From assembly GCA_041166285.1 (NCBI GenBank), contig JBEEFR010000134.1:1-53008 (forward strand): 53,008 nt of DNA, given 5' to 3'. The stretch's first letter is position 1. Every line of letters begins with the position of its first letter. Positions 28,568-36,336 of the stretch are shown here, piece by piece. Position numbers and translations under genes: made by a program. The notes beneath the pieces were generated by a model that was not told the DNA's origin, searched no databases, and worked only from the letters and a program-made list of their open reading frames with translations. The stretch is from Actinomycetota bacterium (GTDB lineage Bacteria > Actinomycetota > Acidimicrobiia > Acidimicrobiales > JACCXE01).

Positions 28568-29382
28568 GCGAGGAGTTGCGCGATCACGTCTTCGTCGACA
28601 ATTCCGGCGGCCGGCAGCCGCCCGGCGAGATCGCGCCATCCCGGTTCGACTTCACAGGCCGCCTTGAGCAGCGAGCGCGCCTCGTCGATCTCTCCGCTGG
28701 CTGCGAGCCCGATGAGGTGCCAGAACTTCAACTCGTAGTTCTCGCCCATCACTTCGGGATCGCCGCCGCGGTACGCGCGGTGGAGTCCAAGCAGTCTTCG
28801 CATCTCGCCCAAGGGGTCGACGTGGTCCTCGATTCGTAGCTCGAGATCGCGCGCCCACGGTTCGCCCACTCCGGGAACGATGAGCATCGCCACCGACTGC
28901 TTGCCGCGAACGTCACCGCCGGCGGCTTCAGCGGCGTCGAGCGCGGCGAGGAGGCGATCGGCGAGCGGTTGTGCCGCTGTCGCGGCGAGCGATTCCGCCA
29001 TCGCTTCGGGCACGCCGGCACGTCGCATCATGTTCGCTTCGACCGTCCATCCGTCGCCGACGATGTGGCCGGCCTCGGCGATGCACCGCGCGCCGGTGTG
29101 GGCTGCGGCGTCGCCGTCGGCGTCGATCATCGCCACCTGACGCGTGTCGCGGCCCTCGTCTTCGGCGAGCAACGCGGCGAGAGCGGTCGACGCCGACTCC
29201 CCCGCGCCCATCAGTTGAAGGCCGCGCGGTCCATACGTGATCTCGGCCATCGCTTGCGTCGCCACGGCGCCGATCCCGGGGCGCGCCCACGGAACCACCG
29301 AGCCGACCGAGAAGTAGTGCGACTGCACCGCGACACCGAACTGTCCTGTGTCGGCGTCGCGCACCACAAGCGAGTACGTCAT
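28564..29382 (-). CDS. DUF1028 (Ntn-hydrolase-like) protein with C-terminal helical PG-binding-like domain
   Basis: 272-aa ORF. The N-terminus MTYSLVVRDADTGQFGVAVQSH is typical of DUF1028. Confidence 0.8.
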   Translation of the reverse strand: MTYSLVVRDADTGQFGVAVQSHYFSVGSVVPWARPGIGAVATQAMAEITYGPRGLQLMGAGESASTALAALLAEDEGRDTRQVAMIDADGDAAAHTGARCIAEAGHIVGDGWTVEANMMRRAGVPEAMAESLAATAAQPLADRLLAALDAAEAAGGDVRGKQSVAMLIVPGVGEPWARDLELRIEDHVDPLGEMRRLLGLHRAYRGGDPEVMGENYELKFWHLIGLAASGEIDEARSLLKAACEVEPGWRDLAGRLPAAGIVDEDVIAQLLA

Positions 29383-29388
29383 GTGTGC

Positions 29389-29398
29389 AACCTACGCT
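29389..29398. promoter_or_regulatory. Composite divergent -10 element (AACCTACGCT)
   Basis: Minus-strand TAGGTT (29394-29389) is 6 nt before ATG 29382. Plus-strand TACGCT (29393-29398) is 7 nt before ATG 29406. The two hexamers share the TA at 29393-29394. Confidence 0.45.
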
Positions 29399-29405
29399 CG
29401 CGTGC

Positions 29406-30059
29406 ATGGCTGCGTCGGTACGCGTGTGTGTGCTCTCGTTGTCGGCGCGCTCACCCGAAGGCCAGGATGCCGCGTACCTCGAGTGGCACAGCCTCGACCA
29501 CCTACCGGAGCAGTACTCGATGCGCTCGCTCGTCCACGGCCAGCGCTGGGTTTCGACCCCTGAGTGCCGCGCCGCGCGCGCCGCCGGTGATGCCGCGCTC
29601 GACGCCGCCGACCACGTCGTGCAGTACCTGTTCGCCGACACGGAGTCGCTCGACCGGTTCTTTGCGCTCGGCGCCGAGTTGCGCGAGGCGGGACGCATGC
29701 CGCTGCGACTGCCGCCGGTTGAGCTCGCGGCGTACGCGTTGGCCGACGCCACGTCGACAGTCGTGCGCGCCGAGGTGGTGCCGTGGCGACCGAACCGGGG
29801 CGCGTACCTGATCGTGAGCGAGGACGCTGTTGATCTCCCGCCGCTCGACGGCGTCGCCGGTGTCTGGCGCTACGTCGGCGGCACGTTCCACGAGCGCCTC
29901 GCCGACACGCGCGGTCGTCATCTCACGGTTTGCTACCTCGACGGCGAGCCGGCAGAAGTCGGCGCCGCGATCACGAGCGCGCTCGCGGCACAACCGGTGT
30001 TGCTGGGCGCCCCGTTCGCCGCGCTCACGCCCTTCGACTGGACGCGGTCACTTCCCTAG
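29406..30059 (+). CDS. Hypothetical protein
   Basis: ATG 29406 (Met8 of track ORF 29385-30059) is preferred because of the -10 geometry. I recognise no family motif. Confidence 0.5.
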   Translation: MAASVRVCVLSLSARSPEGQDAAYLEWHSLDHLPEQYSMRSLVHGQRWVSTPECRAARAAGDAALDAADHVVQYLFADTESLDRFFALGAELREAGRMPLRLPPVELAAYALADATSTVVRAEVVPWRPNRGAYLIVSEDAVDLPPLDGVAGVWRYVGGTFHERLADTRGRHLTVCYLDGEPAEVGAAITSALAAQPVLLGAPFAALTPFDWTRSLP

Positions 30060-30901
30060 ACGAGGTGCGCCATCGCTTCGAGTTGCTCGATGTAGTGCTC
30101 GACCGAGTGGTGCACGAACCGCAGTGACAGCGTCGTTGCGCCCGCGTCGACGAGTCGTTGCGCGGCAGCGCGGGCCTCGTCGGGGCTCGCCGACGGGTCG
30201 ACGGGCACGTCGGTCTGCAACACGACCTCGAAGCCCGCGGGCAGGTCGTGCCGCGCCAACCACTGCTTCGCCTTGTCGGGCGATAGCCAGAACGGGCACC
30301 ACCCGTCGGCCAACTCCACGGCGCGCCGCAGCGATCGCTGCGAACGCCCGCCGATCCAGAACGGCACGTGCGGCTGCACCGGCGTCGGATCGAGCACCAT
30401 GCCGTCGAACGCGTAGTACTCGCCCTTGTACGACGGCACTTCGGCGGACACCGCGGCGCGCAGCGCGCGGATGGCGTCGTCGGCGCGCGGGCCGCGGTCG
30501 TGAAAAGGCGCATCGAGCAGCGCGAACTCTTCCTCGAGCGAACCGACGCCGAGCCCGAGAACCAGGCGTCCGTTGCTGACACGGTCGAGCGTGCCGTAGC
30601 GCTTGGCTATGGCCATCGGGTGGTGGTATCCGAGCACGAGCACGTCGGTGGCGAACCGAATGCGTTCGGTGCGTGCTGCCAGGTAGCCGAACGTGGCGAG
30701 CGGATCCCAGTACCGCACCCCGCGCACGTCGACGGCTTCCTGGGGCACCGCCACGTGCTCGCTACAGGTGAGGTGGTCGTAGTCCAAGCGGTCGGCGGCG
30801 GCAGCGATGCGCGCCACGTCTTCGATCGTGCCGTCGCGCTCCCAGCGCGCGTGACCGCGCGGCACCAACGTGAGCACGGGTGTGAGGATCCCTAACTTCA
30901 T
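30056..30901 (-). CDS. LLM-class (luciferase-like) F420-dependent oxidoreductase
   Basis: 281-aa ORF. Luciferase-like TIM-barrel pattern (RLVLGLGVG, PFWIGG) of the F420-dependent subgroup. Confidence 0.8.
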   Translation of the reverse strand: MKLGILTPVLTLVPRGHARWERDGTIEDVARIAAAADRLDYDHLTCSEHVAVPQEAVDVRGVRYWDPLATFGYLAARTERIRFATDVLVLGYHHPMAIAKRYGTLDRVSNGRLVLGLGVGSLEEEFALLDAPFHDRGPRADDAIRALRAAVSAEVPSYKGEYYAFDGMVLDPTPVQPHVPFWIGGRSQRSLRRAVELADGWCPFWLSPDKAKQWLARHDLPAGFEVVLQTDVPVDPSASPDEARAAAQRLVDAGATTLSLRFVHHSVEHYIEQLEAMAHLV

Positions 30902-30911
30902 GGCGAGGCCG

Positions 30912-30917
30912 TAGCCT
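30912..30917 (+). promoter_or_regulatory. Candidate -10 box (TAGCCT)
   Basis: Ends 7 nt before ATG 30925. The divergent gap is only 23 nt. Confidence 0.3.
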
Positions 30918-30924
30918 TACGCAG

Positions 30925-32307
30925 ATGGAGGAGCGCCGTGCGGGTACGGCCACGTCGAACTTCGGCGTGGGCAAGCGCGAGAACCACGACGCGTCGGGGT
31001 TCTACGGTCGCTTCCGCACTCCTGAGGTGTCGACGGACGACGCCGTCCTTCCGCCGGAGCCGATCGTCGAGCCGCTGATTCACGGCGACGCACGCCACAT
31101 GGACGCCGTCGCCGACGGGTCGGTCGCACTGGTCGTCACGTCGCCGCCGTACTTCGCCGGCAAGCAGTACGAAGAGGAGCTCCAGCGCGAGGGGGTGCCG
31201 GGCTCCTACCTCGAATTCCTGCAACTGCTCACCGACGTGTTCGCCGAGTGTGTCCGCAAGCTGGAGCCCGGCGGGCGCATCGCGGTCAACGTCGCCAACC
31301 TGGGACGCAAGCCGTACCGCAGCCTGTCCGCCGACGTCATTCGCATCCTCCAGGACGAACTCGGCTTGCTGTTGCGCGGCGAGTTGGTGTGGCAGAAGAG
31401 CGAGGGCGCCAGCGGATCGTGCGCGTGGGGGTCATACCGCAGCGCGGCGAATCCCGTGTTCCGAGACGTGACGGAGCGCGTCGTCGTCGCCAGCAAGGGG
31501 CGCTTCGATCGCGCGCTCACGACCAAGCAACGCGCCGCGGCGGGATTGCCCCACGTCAACACCATCAGCACCGACGACTTCATGAACCTCACGCTCGACG
31601 TGTGGACGATTCCGCCGGAGTCGGCCAAGCGCGTCGGCCATCCGGCGCCGTTCCCCGTCGAACTTCCCGAGCAACTCATCCGGTTGTTCACCTACGAGAG
31701 CGACCTCGTGCTCGACCCGTTCGTCGGCAGCGGGTCGGCAATGGTGGCGGCAAAGCGCCTCGGCCGCCGTTACGTCGGTTACGACCTCGACGCGTCCTAC
31801 ATCGACGTGGCGCGGGCGCGCCTCGCCGAGACCGCGCGCGTCGAGGAACCGAACCGCGACGTGAACGCGCACCAACTGGCGCACAAAGTTCTGGCCTCGT
31901 CCGGGTTCACGATCACCAACGAGAATTACCGCGTACCGAAGGCAGGCGTCGTCGTCGACTTCCGCGCCGTCGACGGAACCGGCCGCGAATGGCTGTTCTA
32001 CGTGCCCGGCGCGCACACGTCACACCGGCCAGGGCTCCAGACGATGGACGCGGTGTGGCGTTCGTTGGGGGTGGCCTCCGCCGTACGCGGGCGCCTCAGC
32101 GACGTGCGCTTCGCGCTGTTGACGCCAGGCTTGCCAAAGCGTCCCGGTGAGGGCGACACGGTGCTGCGCTCCGCGGGGCCCCGGACCGTGTTCGACGTCA
32201 TCTCGCTGATCGACGAGTCGCACGTCGCCCGCCTCGAGTCCTACGCCACCGGCGCGGCGACGACGCCGTCAGTCGGTTTCTGGACCGCCGCCGACCTCGC
32301 GCGCTAG
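30925..32307 (+). CDS. Site-specific DNA methyltransferase (beta-class, SPPY motif IV) with uncharacterised C-terminal domain
   Basis: 460-aa ORF. N-terminal NFGVGKRENHDASGFYGRF, motif IV TSPPY (aa 72-76) precedes motif I DPFVGSGS (aa 264-271). About 150 extra C-terminal residues. Confidence 0.85.
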   Translation: MEERRAGTATSNFGVGKRENHDASGFYGRFRTPEVSTDDAVLPPEPIVEPLIHGDARHMDAVADGSVALVVTSPPYFAGKQYEEELQREGVPGSYLEFLQLLTDVFAECVRKLEPGGRIAVNVANLGRKPYRSLSADVIRILQDELGLLLRGELVWQKSEGASGSCAWGSYRSAANPVFRDVTERVVVASKGRFDRALTTKQRAAAGLPHVNTISTDDFMNLTLDVWTIPPESAKRVGHPAPFPVELPEQLIRLFTYESDLVLDPFVGSGSAMVAAKRLGRRYVGYDLDASYIDVARARLAETARVEEPNRDVNAHQLAHKVLASSGFTITNENYRVPKAGVVVDFRAVDGTGREWLFYVPGAHTSHRPGLQTMDAVWRSLGVASAVRGRLSDVRFALLTPGLPKRPGEGDTVLRSAGPRTVFDVISLIDESHVARLESYATGAATTPSVGFWTAADLAR

Positions 32308-32309
32308 GG

Positions 32310-32354
32310 CGTGTGCGTACTTAATCGGGCAGAGCCCGATTAAGTACGCACACG
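32310..32354. terminator. Perfect 21-bp inverted repeat between convergent genes (bidirectional terminator candidate)
   Basis: cgtgtgcgtacttaatcgggc-aga-gcccgattaagtacgcacacg lies between TAG 32305-32307 (+) and the stop at 32356-32358 (-). No T-tract follows. Confidence 0.7.
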
Positions 32355-32355
32355 G

Positions 32356-33414
32356 TCATGCGGGGTGGGCGCCGAGGACTTCGAGGTCGCCGATGTCGGC
32401 CGCGTCGATGGCGCGGGGATCTTGGTTGAGCGTCGTGATGCCGACGGACTCGTCGGTCATCAACTCGTAGGCGGTCTTGAGGTCGAGGCCCGAGCCGCGC
32501 GTGACCTTGGTGGTGAGGTCGCGCAATCCGACGAGAGGATCCATCGTTTCGATCGGGTAGTCGCTGCCGCTGATCACCCGGGCGCCAGCCTTGAGTAATC
32601 CGGCCCAGTCGTAGGAACGCTTCCAGCGTTCGTCGCCGAGCGCCGCAGCCGCCGACTCGCGATCGCTCACCGCGAAGCTCGGTTGGATGCACGCGGTGAT
32701 GCCTTGATCGGCGAAGCGGTCGATGAGCGCAGGCGACAGCACCTGCGCGTGCTCGATGCGGGCGCCGTTGTCCAGCGCGGCGGCTTGGTCGCCGTCGAAG
32801 ATCATCTCGTAGGCGTCGAGCACCGCGATGGCGGCGCGGTCGCCAATGGCGTGCGTGGCGATCGTCCACCCGGCCTCGGCGAGCGGCTGCGCGACGCGCG
32901 CCAGCGCGACGGGGTCCCAGAACAGCACGCCGTCGTCTGTGGGGTGCACGTCGGTGAAGGGCGCGCACAGGGCGCAGGTACGCGGCCCGATCCAACCGTC
33001 GGCGTAGAACTTGACGCCGACGACGTCGACGTCGGGATCGTTGGTGCGCTCACGCATCCCTTCGTACGCGAGGCCGCTGGCGACGAGGATCCGCACGCGG
33101 CACGGCAGCCGATCGGTCTCGCGCCGGCGCAGCAGCGTGTCGAAGTACTCCCAATCGTGCATGCCCGCTTCGGTGACCTGGCAGATGCCGAGCTCGGCGG
33201 CGCGCGTGAGCCCGGCCATGAGTTGCGCGTCGAGGCGTTCGTCGTCGAGCGGATCACCGATGGCGTCCATCGGTGTCTGGCCGGCCGCCAACAACGAGCG
33301 GTGGTACTTGGCGATCGACTCCGAGGATGTGTAGTCGTAGGGAGGCTTCACGGCCGCGCTGACGCGCAACAGGTGGGTGTGATGGTCGACAAAGCCGGGA
33401 CCGTTAAACGCCAT
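32356..33414 (-). CDS. Amidohydrolase family metallohydrolase (YtcJ/amidohydrolase_3-like)
   Basis: 352-aa ORF. FVDHHTHLL metal-binding HxH, later ATHAIGD and GSDYP. Confidence 0.8.
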   Translation of the reverse strand: MAFNGPGFVDHHTHLLRVSAAVKPPYDYTSSESIAKYHRSLLAAGQTPMDAIGDPLDDERLDAQLMAGLTRAAELGICQVTEAGMHDWEYFDTLLRRRETDRLPCRVRILVASGLAYEGMRERTNDPDVDVVGVKFYADGWIGPRTCALCAPFTDVHPTDDGVLFWDPVALARVAQPLAEAGWTIATHAIGDRAAIAVLDAYEMIFDGDQAAALDNGARIEHAQVLSPALIDRFADQGITACIQPSFAVSDRESAAAALGDERWKRSYDWAGLLKAGARVISGSDYPIETMDPLVGLRDLTTKVTRGSGLDLKTAYELMTDESVGITTLNQDPRAIDAADIGDLEVLGAHPA

Positions 33415-33422
33415 GCGCTACG

Positions 33423-33432
33423 AACGTAACGT
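33423..33432. promoter_or_regulatory. Composite divergent -10 element (AACGTAACGT)
   Basis: Plus-strand TAACGT (33427-33432) is 6 nt before ATG 33439. Minus-strand TACGTT (33428-33423) is 8 nt before ATG 33414. Confidence 0.4.
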
Positions 33433-33438
33433 CACCGC

Positions 33439-34017
33439 ATGGCTTCGATCGACGACGACCCGATCGTGTACGTGGAAACGCCAGCGAAGTTCGACGCGTG
33501 GTTGAAGAAGAACCACACCACCTCCGGCGGGATATGGCTCGCGTTAGCGAAGAAGAACGGCACGAAGAAGTCGCCGACCTACGTGGAGGCCGTGGAGGTG
33601 GCGCTGTGTTGGGGCTGGATCGACGGCCAGAAGAAGAAACTCGACGACGACTACTCGTTGCAACGCTTCACGCCGCGCCGGCCGCGCAGCAAGTGGTCGC
33701 AGACGAATGTCGACCGCGTGTCGAAACTGATCAAGGACAAGCGCATGCAGCCCGCGGGACTCGCCGAAGTCGAGAAGGCCAAGGCGGACGGACGTTGGGA
33801 TGAGGCGTACGCGCCGGCGTCGACGATCGGCGTGCCCGACGATCTCGCGGCGGCACTGGCAAAGAACCCGCAAGCCGAGGCGTTCTTCAAGACAATCACC
33901 GCCGCGAACCGGTACGCGATCCTCTACCGCATCACCACGGTGAAGAAGCCCGAGACGCGGGCGCGCAACATCGAGAAGTTCGTGGCGATGCTCGCCGAAG
34001 GCAAGACGCTTTACTGA
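33439..34017 (+). CDS. YdeI/OmpD-associated family protein
   Basis: 192-aa ORF. YVEAVEVALCWGWIDGQ and the C-terminal RARNIEKFVAML pattern of the YdeI family. Confidence 0.75.
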   Translation: MASIDDDPIVYVETPAKFDAWLKKNHTTSGGIWLALAKKNGTKKSPTYVEAVEVALCWGWIDGQKKKLDDDYSLQRFTPRRPRSKWSQTNVDRVSKLIKDKRMQPAGLAEVEKAKADGRWDEAYAPASTIGVPDDLAAALAKNPQAEAFFKTITAANRYAILYRITTVKKPETRARNIEKFVAMLAEGKTLY

Positions 34018-34089
34018 CTGGCTGTTACACCCCCGAGGTACCGTCGAACTCGTGATCAACCGGCCAATAGCTACCTGAGCACGAAAACG

Positions 34090-34896
34090 GTGCGAACGAT
34101 GCTTCGCTCAAGAGGGCGATTACCGATCGCACGTCCCGCGCTGTTCTTCGCTGGATGCGCGTGCGCGGCGGGCGGTTTCTTCGCGCCCCAGGGTGGCGAC
34201 GGGGTCATGATCTTCGGTATCGGAGCAGGGACGTTGATGGCGGTGACCAGCGCGCTCGTTCCGTGGCTGAGGCGCGCGACATTCAGCCCAACTTCGGGAC
34301 TCGCAATTGAGACGCACGATCCGCAGGCGATTTTTGCCGCGGAGCTCCTAGAAGAGACAACAGCGACAGGTCAGATCCCCGGGAGCGTTCCGCCCAACGT
34401 TGACGATGACGAACTCGTGGGAGCGGCGCGTGTTCTCGCTGCTGACGCTGCGGTGACGTCGTTGTTATCCGCGCACGGCCCGCTCGCTGACTGCGAGTGG
34501 CACCTCTACCTGTACGACAGCGACGCGGACCGTCTGCTGCCGATATTCGAGCCGGAGGACCCCGACAGTTCGGAAGGCTGGATGATCGGCCAGGGCGCAA
34601 CGGGGATGGCGTACCTGCGGCGAGAGTTCGTACTCGTTCAGGGCGCGGAAGCTTCGGACTCGACGTACGGGCTGTCTCCCGAACAACAAGCGAGGTATGC
34701 AGACCTTTATGCGGTAGCAGCAATGCCGATCCAGAACAACGCCGGTGACGTAATTGCGGTTGTCTCTGCAGCTACTCGCAACGCCTCGACCGAGCTCACG
34801 ACCGAAGCTGGATTTCAGGATCTCGTGGCACGAGCGCTTGGAATTGGGCGCGTTTTGATCGACTTGCTCAGGTGGTTCGACGACGGTGTCGAATAA
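34090..34896 (+). CDS. Membrane protein with C-terminal GAF-like domain (tentative)
   Basis: 268-aa ORF (GTG 34090, alternative ATG 34099). Two N-terminal hydrophobic segments. The C-terminal WMIGQGATGMAYL ... AAMPIQNNAGDVIAVVSA resembles GAF. Atypical codon usage (TTA, ATA, AGA). Confidence 0.5.
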   Translation: MRTMLRSRGRLPIARPALFFAGCACAAGGFFAPQGGDGVMIFGIGAGTLMAVTSALVPWLRRATFSPTSGLAIETHDPQAIFAAELLEETTATGQIPGSVPPNVDDDELVGAARVLAADAAVTSLLSAHGPLADCEWHLYLYDSDADRLLPIFEPEDPDSSEGWMIGQGATGMAYLRREFVLVQGAEASDSTYGLSPEQQARYADLYAVAAMPIQNNAGDVIAVVSAATRNASTELTTEAGFQDLVARALGIGRVLIDLLRWFDDGVE

Positions 34897-34925
34897 ATAG
34901 CTGCGTTTCATGAAAGGATCCCGGC

Positions 34926-35063
34926 ATGGCTAAGCAAATTGCGGTGACCAAGAAGGCGGCCGCGCGCGCTGTGTCAACGACGATTGCCAGCAACCCGCCG
35001 AAGTTGAAGCTGACGAGCGGGCAGAAGCGGACGATCACCGGATCGGCCAAACAAAAGGGCTGA
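34926..35063 (+). CDS. Candidate 45-aa highly basic peptide (below track cutoff)
   Basis: ATG 34926 lies 7 nt after AGGA (34915-34918). MAKQIAVTKKAAARAVSTTIASNPPKLKLTSGQKRTITGSAKQKG has 10 Lys/Arg and no Asp/Glu. TGA at 35061-35063. Confidence 0.35.
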   Translation: MAKQIAVTKKAAARAVSTTIASNPPKLKLTSGQKRTITGSAKQKG

Positions 35064-35141
35064 TCTCCGGTCGCCAGCGAACGGTGGCCTTGGAAATCTC
35101 TGAGAGCGCGTGCAACCAGCGCGGGCGAAGCGATTGCTCTA

Positions 35142-36329
35142 CTAAAGCGAGGCTTTGACGGCTTCAACCAGCGCTTGGGGACGCGGGTCCGCGTTGATGT
35201 TCGCGTTCATCTTGTTCATGACGTAGCCGAACGCGACGCCCGCCTCGGGATCGGCGAAGCCCATCGAACCGCCCGCTCCGTCGTGACCGAACGAGCCGGG
35301 TCCGAAGTACGGCACGTCGGGCCCGTCGAGCATGAATCCAAGACCGAACCGCGTGTGCTTGACCAGGATTGCGTCCTTGCCGTCCGATTGCGTGGTGCGC
35401 GCCGCGTCGACGGTCGCGGGGTCGAGGACGCGCACGCCGTCGACGTCGCCGATCAGACCCGCGTAGAACCGTGCGAGGCCGCGGGCGGTGCAGATGCCGT
35501 TGGCGGCCGGGACCTCGGCGGCATGGAGAGCCGGATCGTTGAAGTCCATCGCCGGCTCGCTCAGATTGAGCGCGCGGATCGAGAGCGAATCGGGATCCAT
35601 GAAGGCTTCGATCAGCTCACGAATCTCGGGTGGGAATGCGTTGACGTCGAGGTCTTTGATCAAGACCTTCTGCTCGTCGGACATGCCGAGCTCCATCGTG
35701 ATCAGCTTGCTGACGCGCGGCTCCTCCGACGCAGGTAGGCCGACGTAGAACTCCGCACCCAACGGGCCGGCGATCTCGTCCGCGAAGAACTGCCCGAGCG
35801 ACCTACCGGTGATACGGCGTACAACCTCGCTCACGAGGTAGCCGTACGTGAGCGCGTGGTAGCCGTGCTTCGATCCCGGCTCCCAATACGGCTGCTGCGC
35901 GGCGAGCGCGTCGACGATGGGATCCCACGCGTACAGGTCCTCCGGCGTGAGGGACGCGTCGACGGTGGGTAACCCGGCGCGGTGCGAGAGCAACCAACGC
36001 ACCGGGATGTTCTCCTTGCCCGCCACCTTGAACTCGGGCCAGTACGTCGCGACCGGAGCGTCGAGATCCAACTCGCCGCGCTCGACGAGCAGCATCGCGC
36101 TGGCGGCCGTCGCGCCCTTCGTCGTCGAGAACACCAGCTGGAGGGTGTCCTGCTCCCAGGGCCGACCGGTGTCCTGGTCGGCGACGCCGCCCCACAGGTC
36201 CACGACTTTGTCACCGTCGTTGTACAGCGCGAACGCCGCGCCGACTTCGCCGCGCTGTTCGAAGTTCTCGGTGAACGCATCACGCACGCGCTCGAACCCC
36301 GGTGCGACCTCGCCATCAATGGTTGTCAT
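35142..36329 (-). CDS. Serine hydrolase (class C beta-lactamase/esterase family)
   Basis: Track ORF 35142-36548 trimmed to ATG 36329 (MTTIDGEVAPGFERV), with GGAGA upstream. SxxK motif STTK. Confidence 0.85.
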   Translation of the reverse strand: MTTIDGEVAPGFERVRDAFTENFEQRGEVGAAFALYNDGDKVVDLWGGVADQDTGRPWEQDTLQLVFSTTKGATAASAMLLVERGELDLDAPVATYWPEFKVAGKENIPVRWLLSHRAGLPTVDASLTPEDLYAWDPIVDALAAQQPYWEPGSKHGYHALTYGYLVSEVVRRITGRSLGQFFADEIAGPLGAEFYVGLPASEEPRVSKLITMELGMSDEQKVLIKDLDVNAFPPEIRELIEAFMDPDSLSIRALNLSEPAMDFNDPALHAAEVPAANGICTARGLARFYAGLIGDVDGVRVLDPATVDAARTTQSDGKDAILVKHTRFGLGFMLDGPDVPYFGPGSFGHDGAGGSMGFADPEAGVAFGYVMNKMNANINADPRPQALVEAVKASL

Positions 36330-36336
36330 CGTTCTC

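Noticed and set aside
34868-35167. 99-aa minus-strand ORF opposite the small basic-peptide ORF
   Set aside because: It has no ribosome site and overlaps the end of the serine-hydrolase gene. The plus-strand 45-codon ORF has the better start context. Neither is proven.
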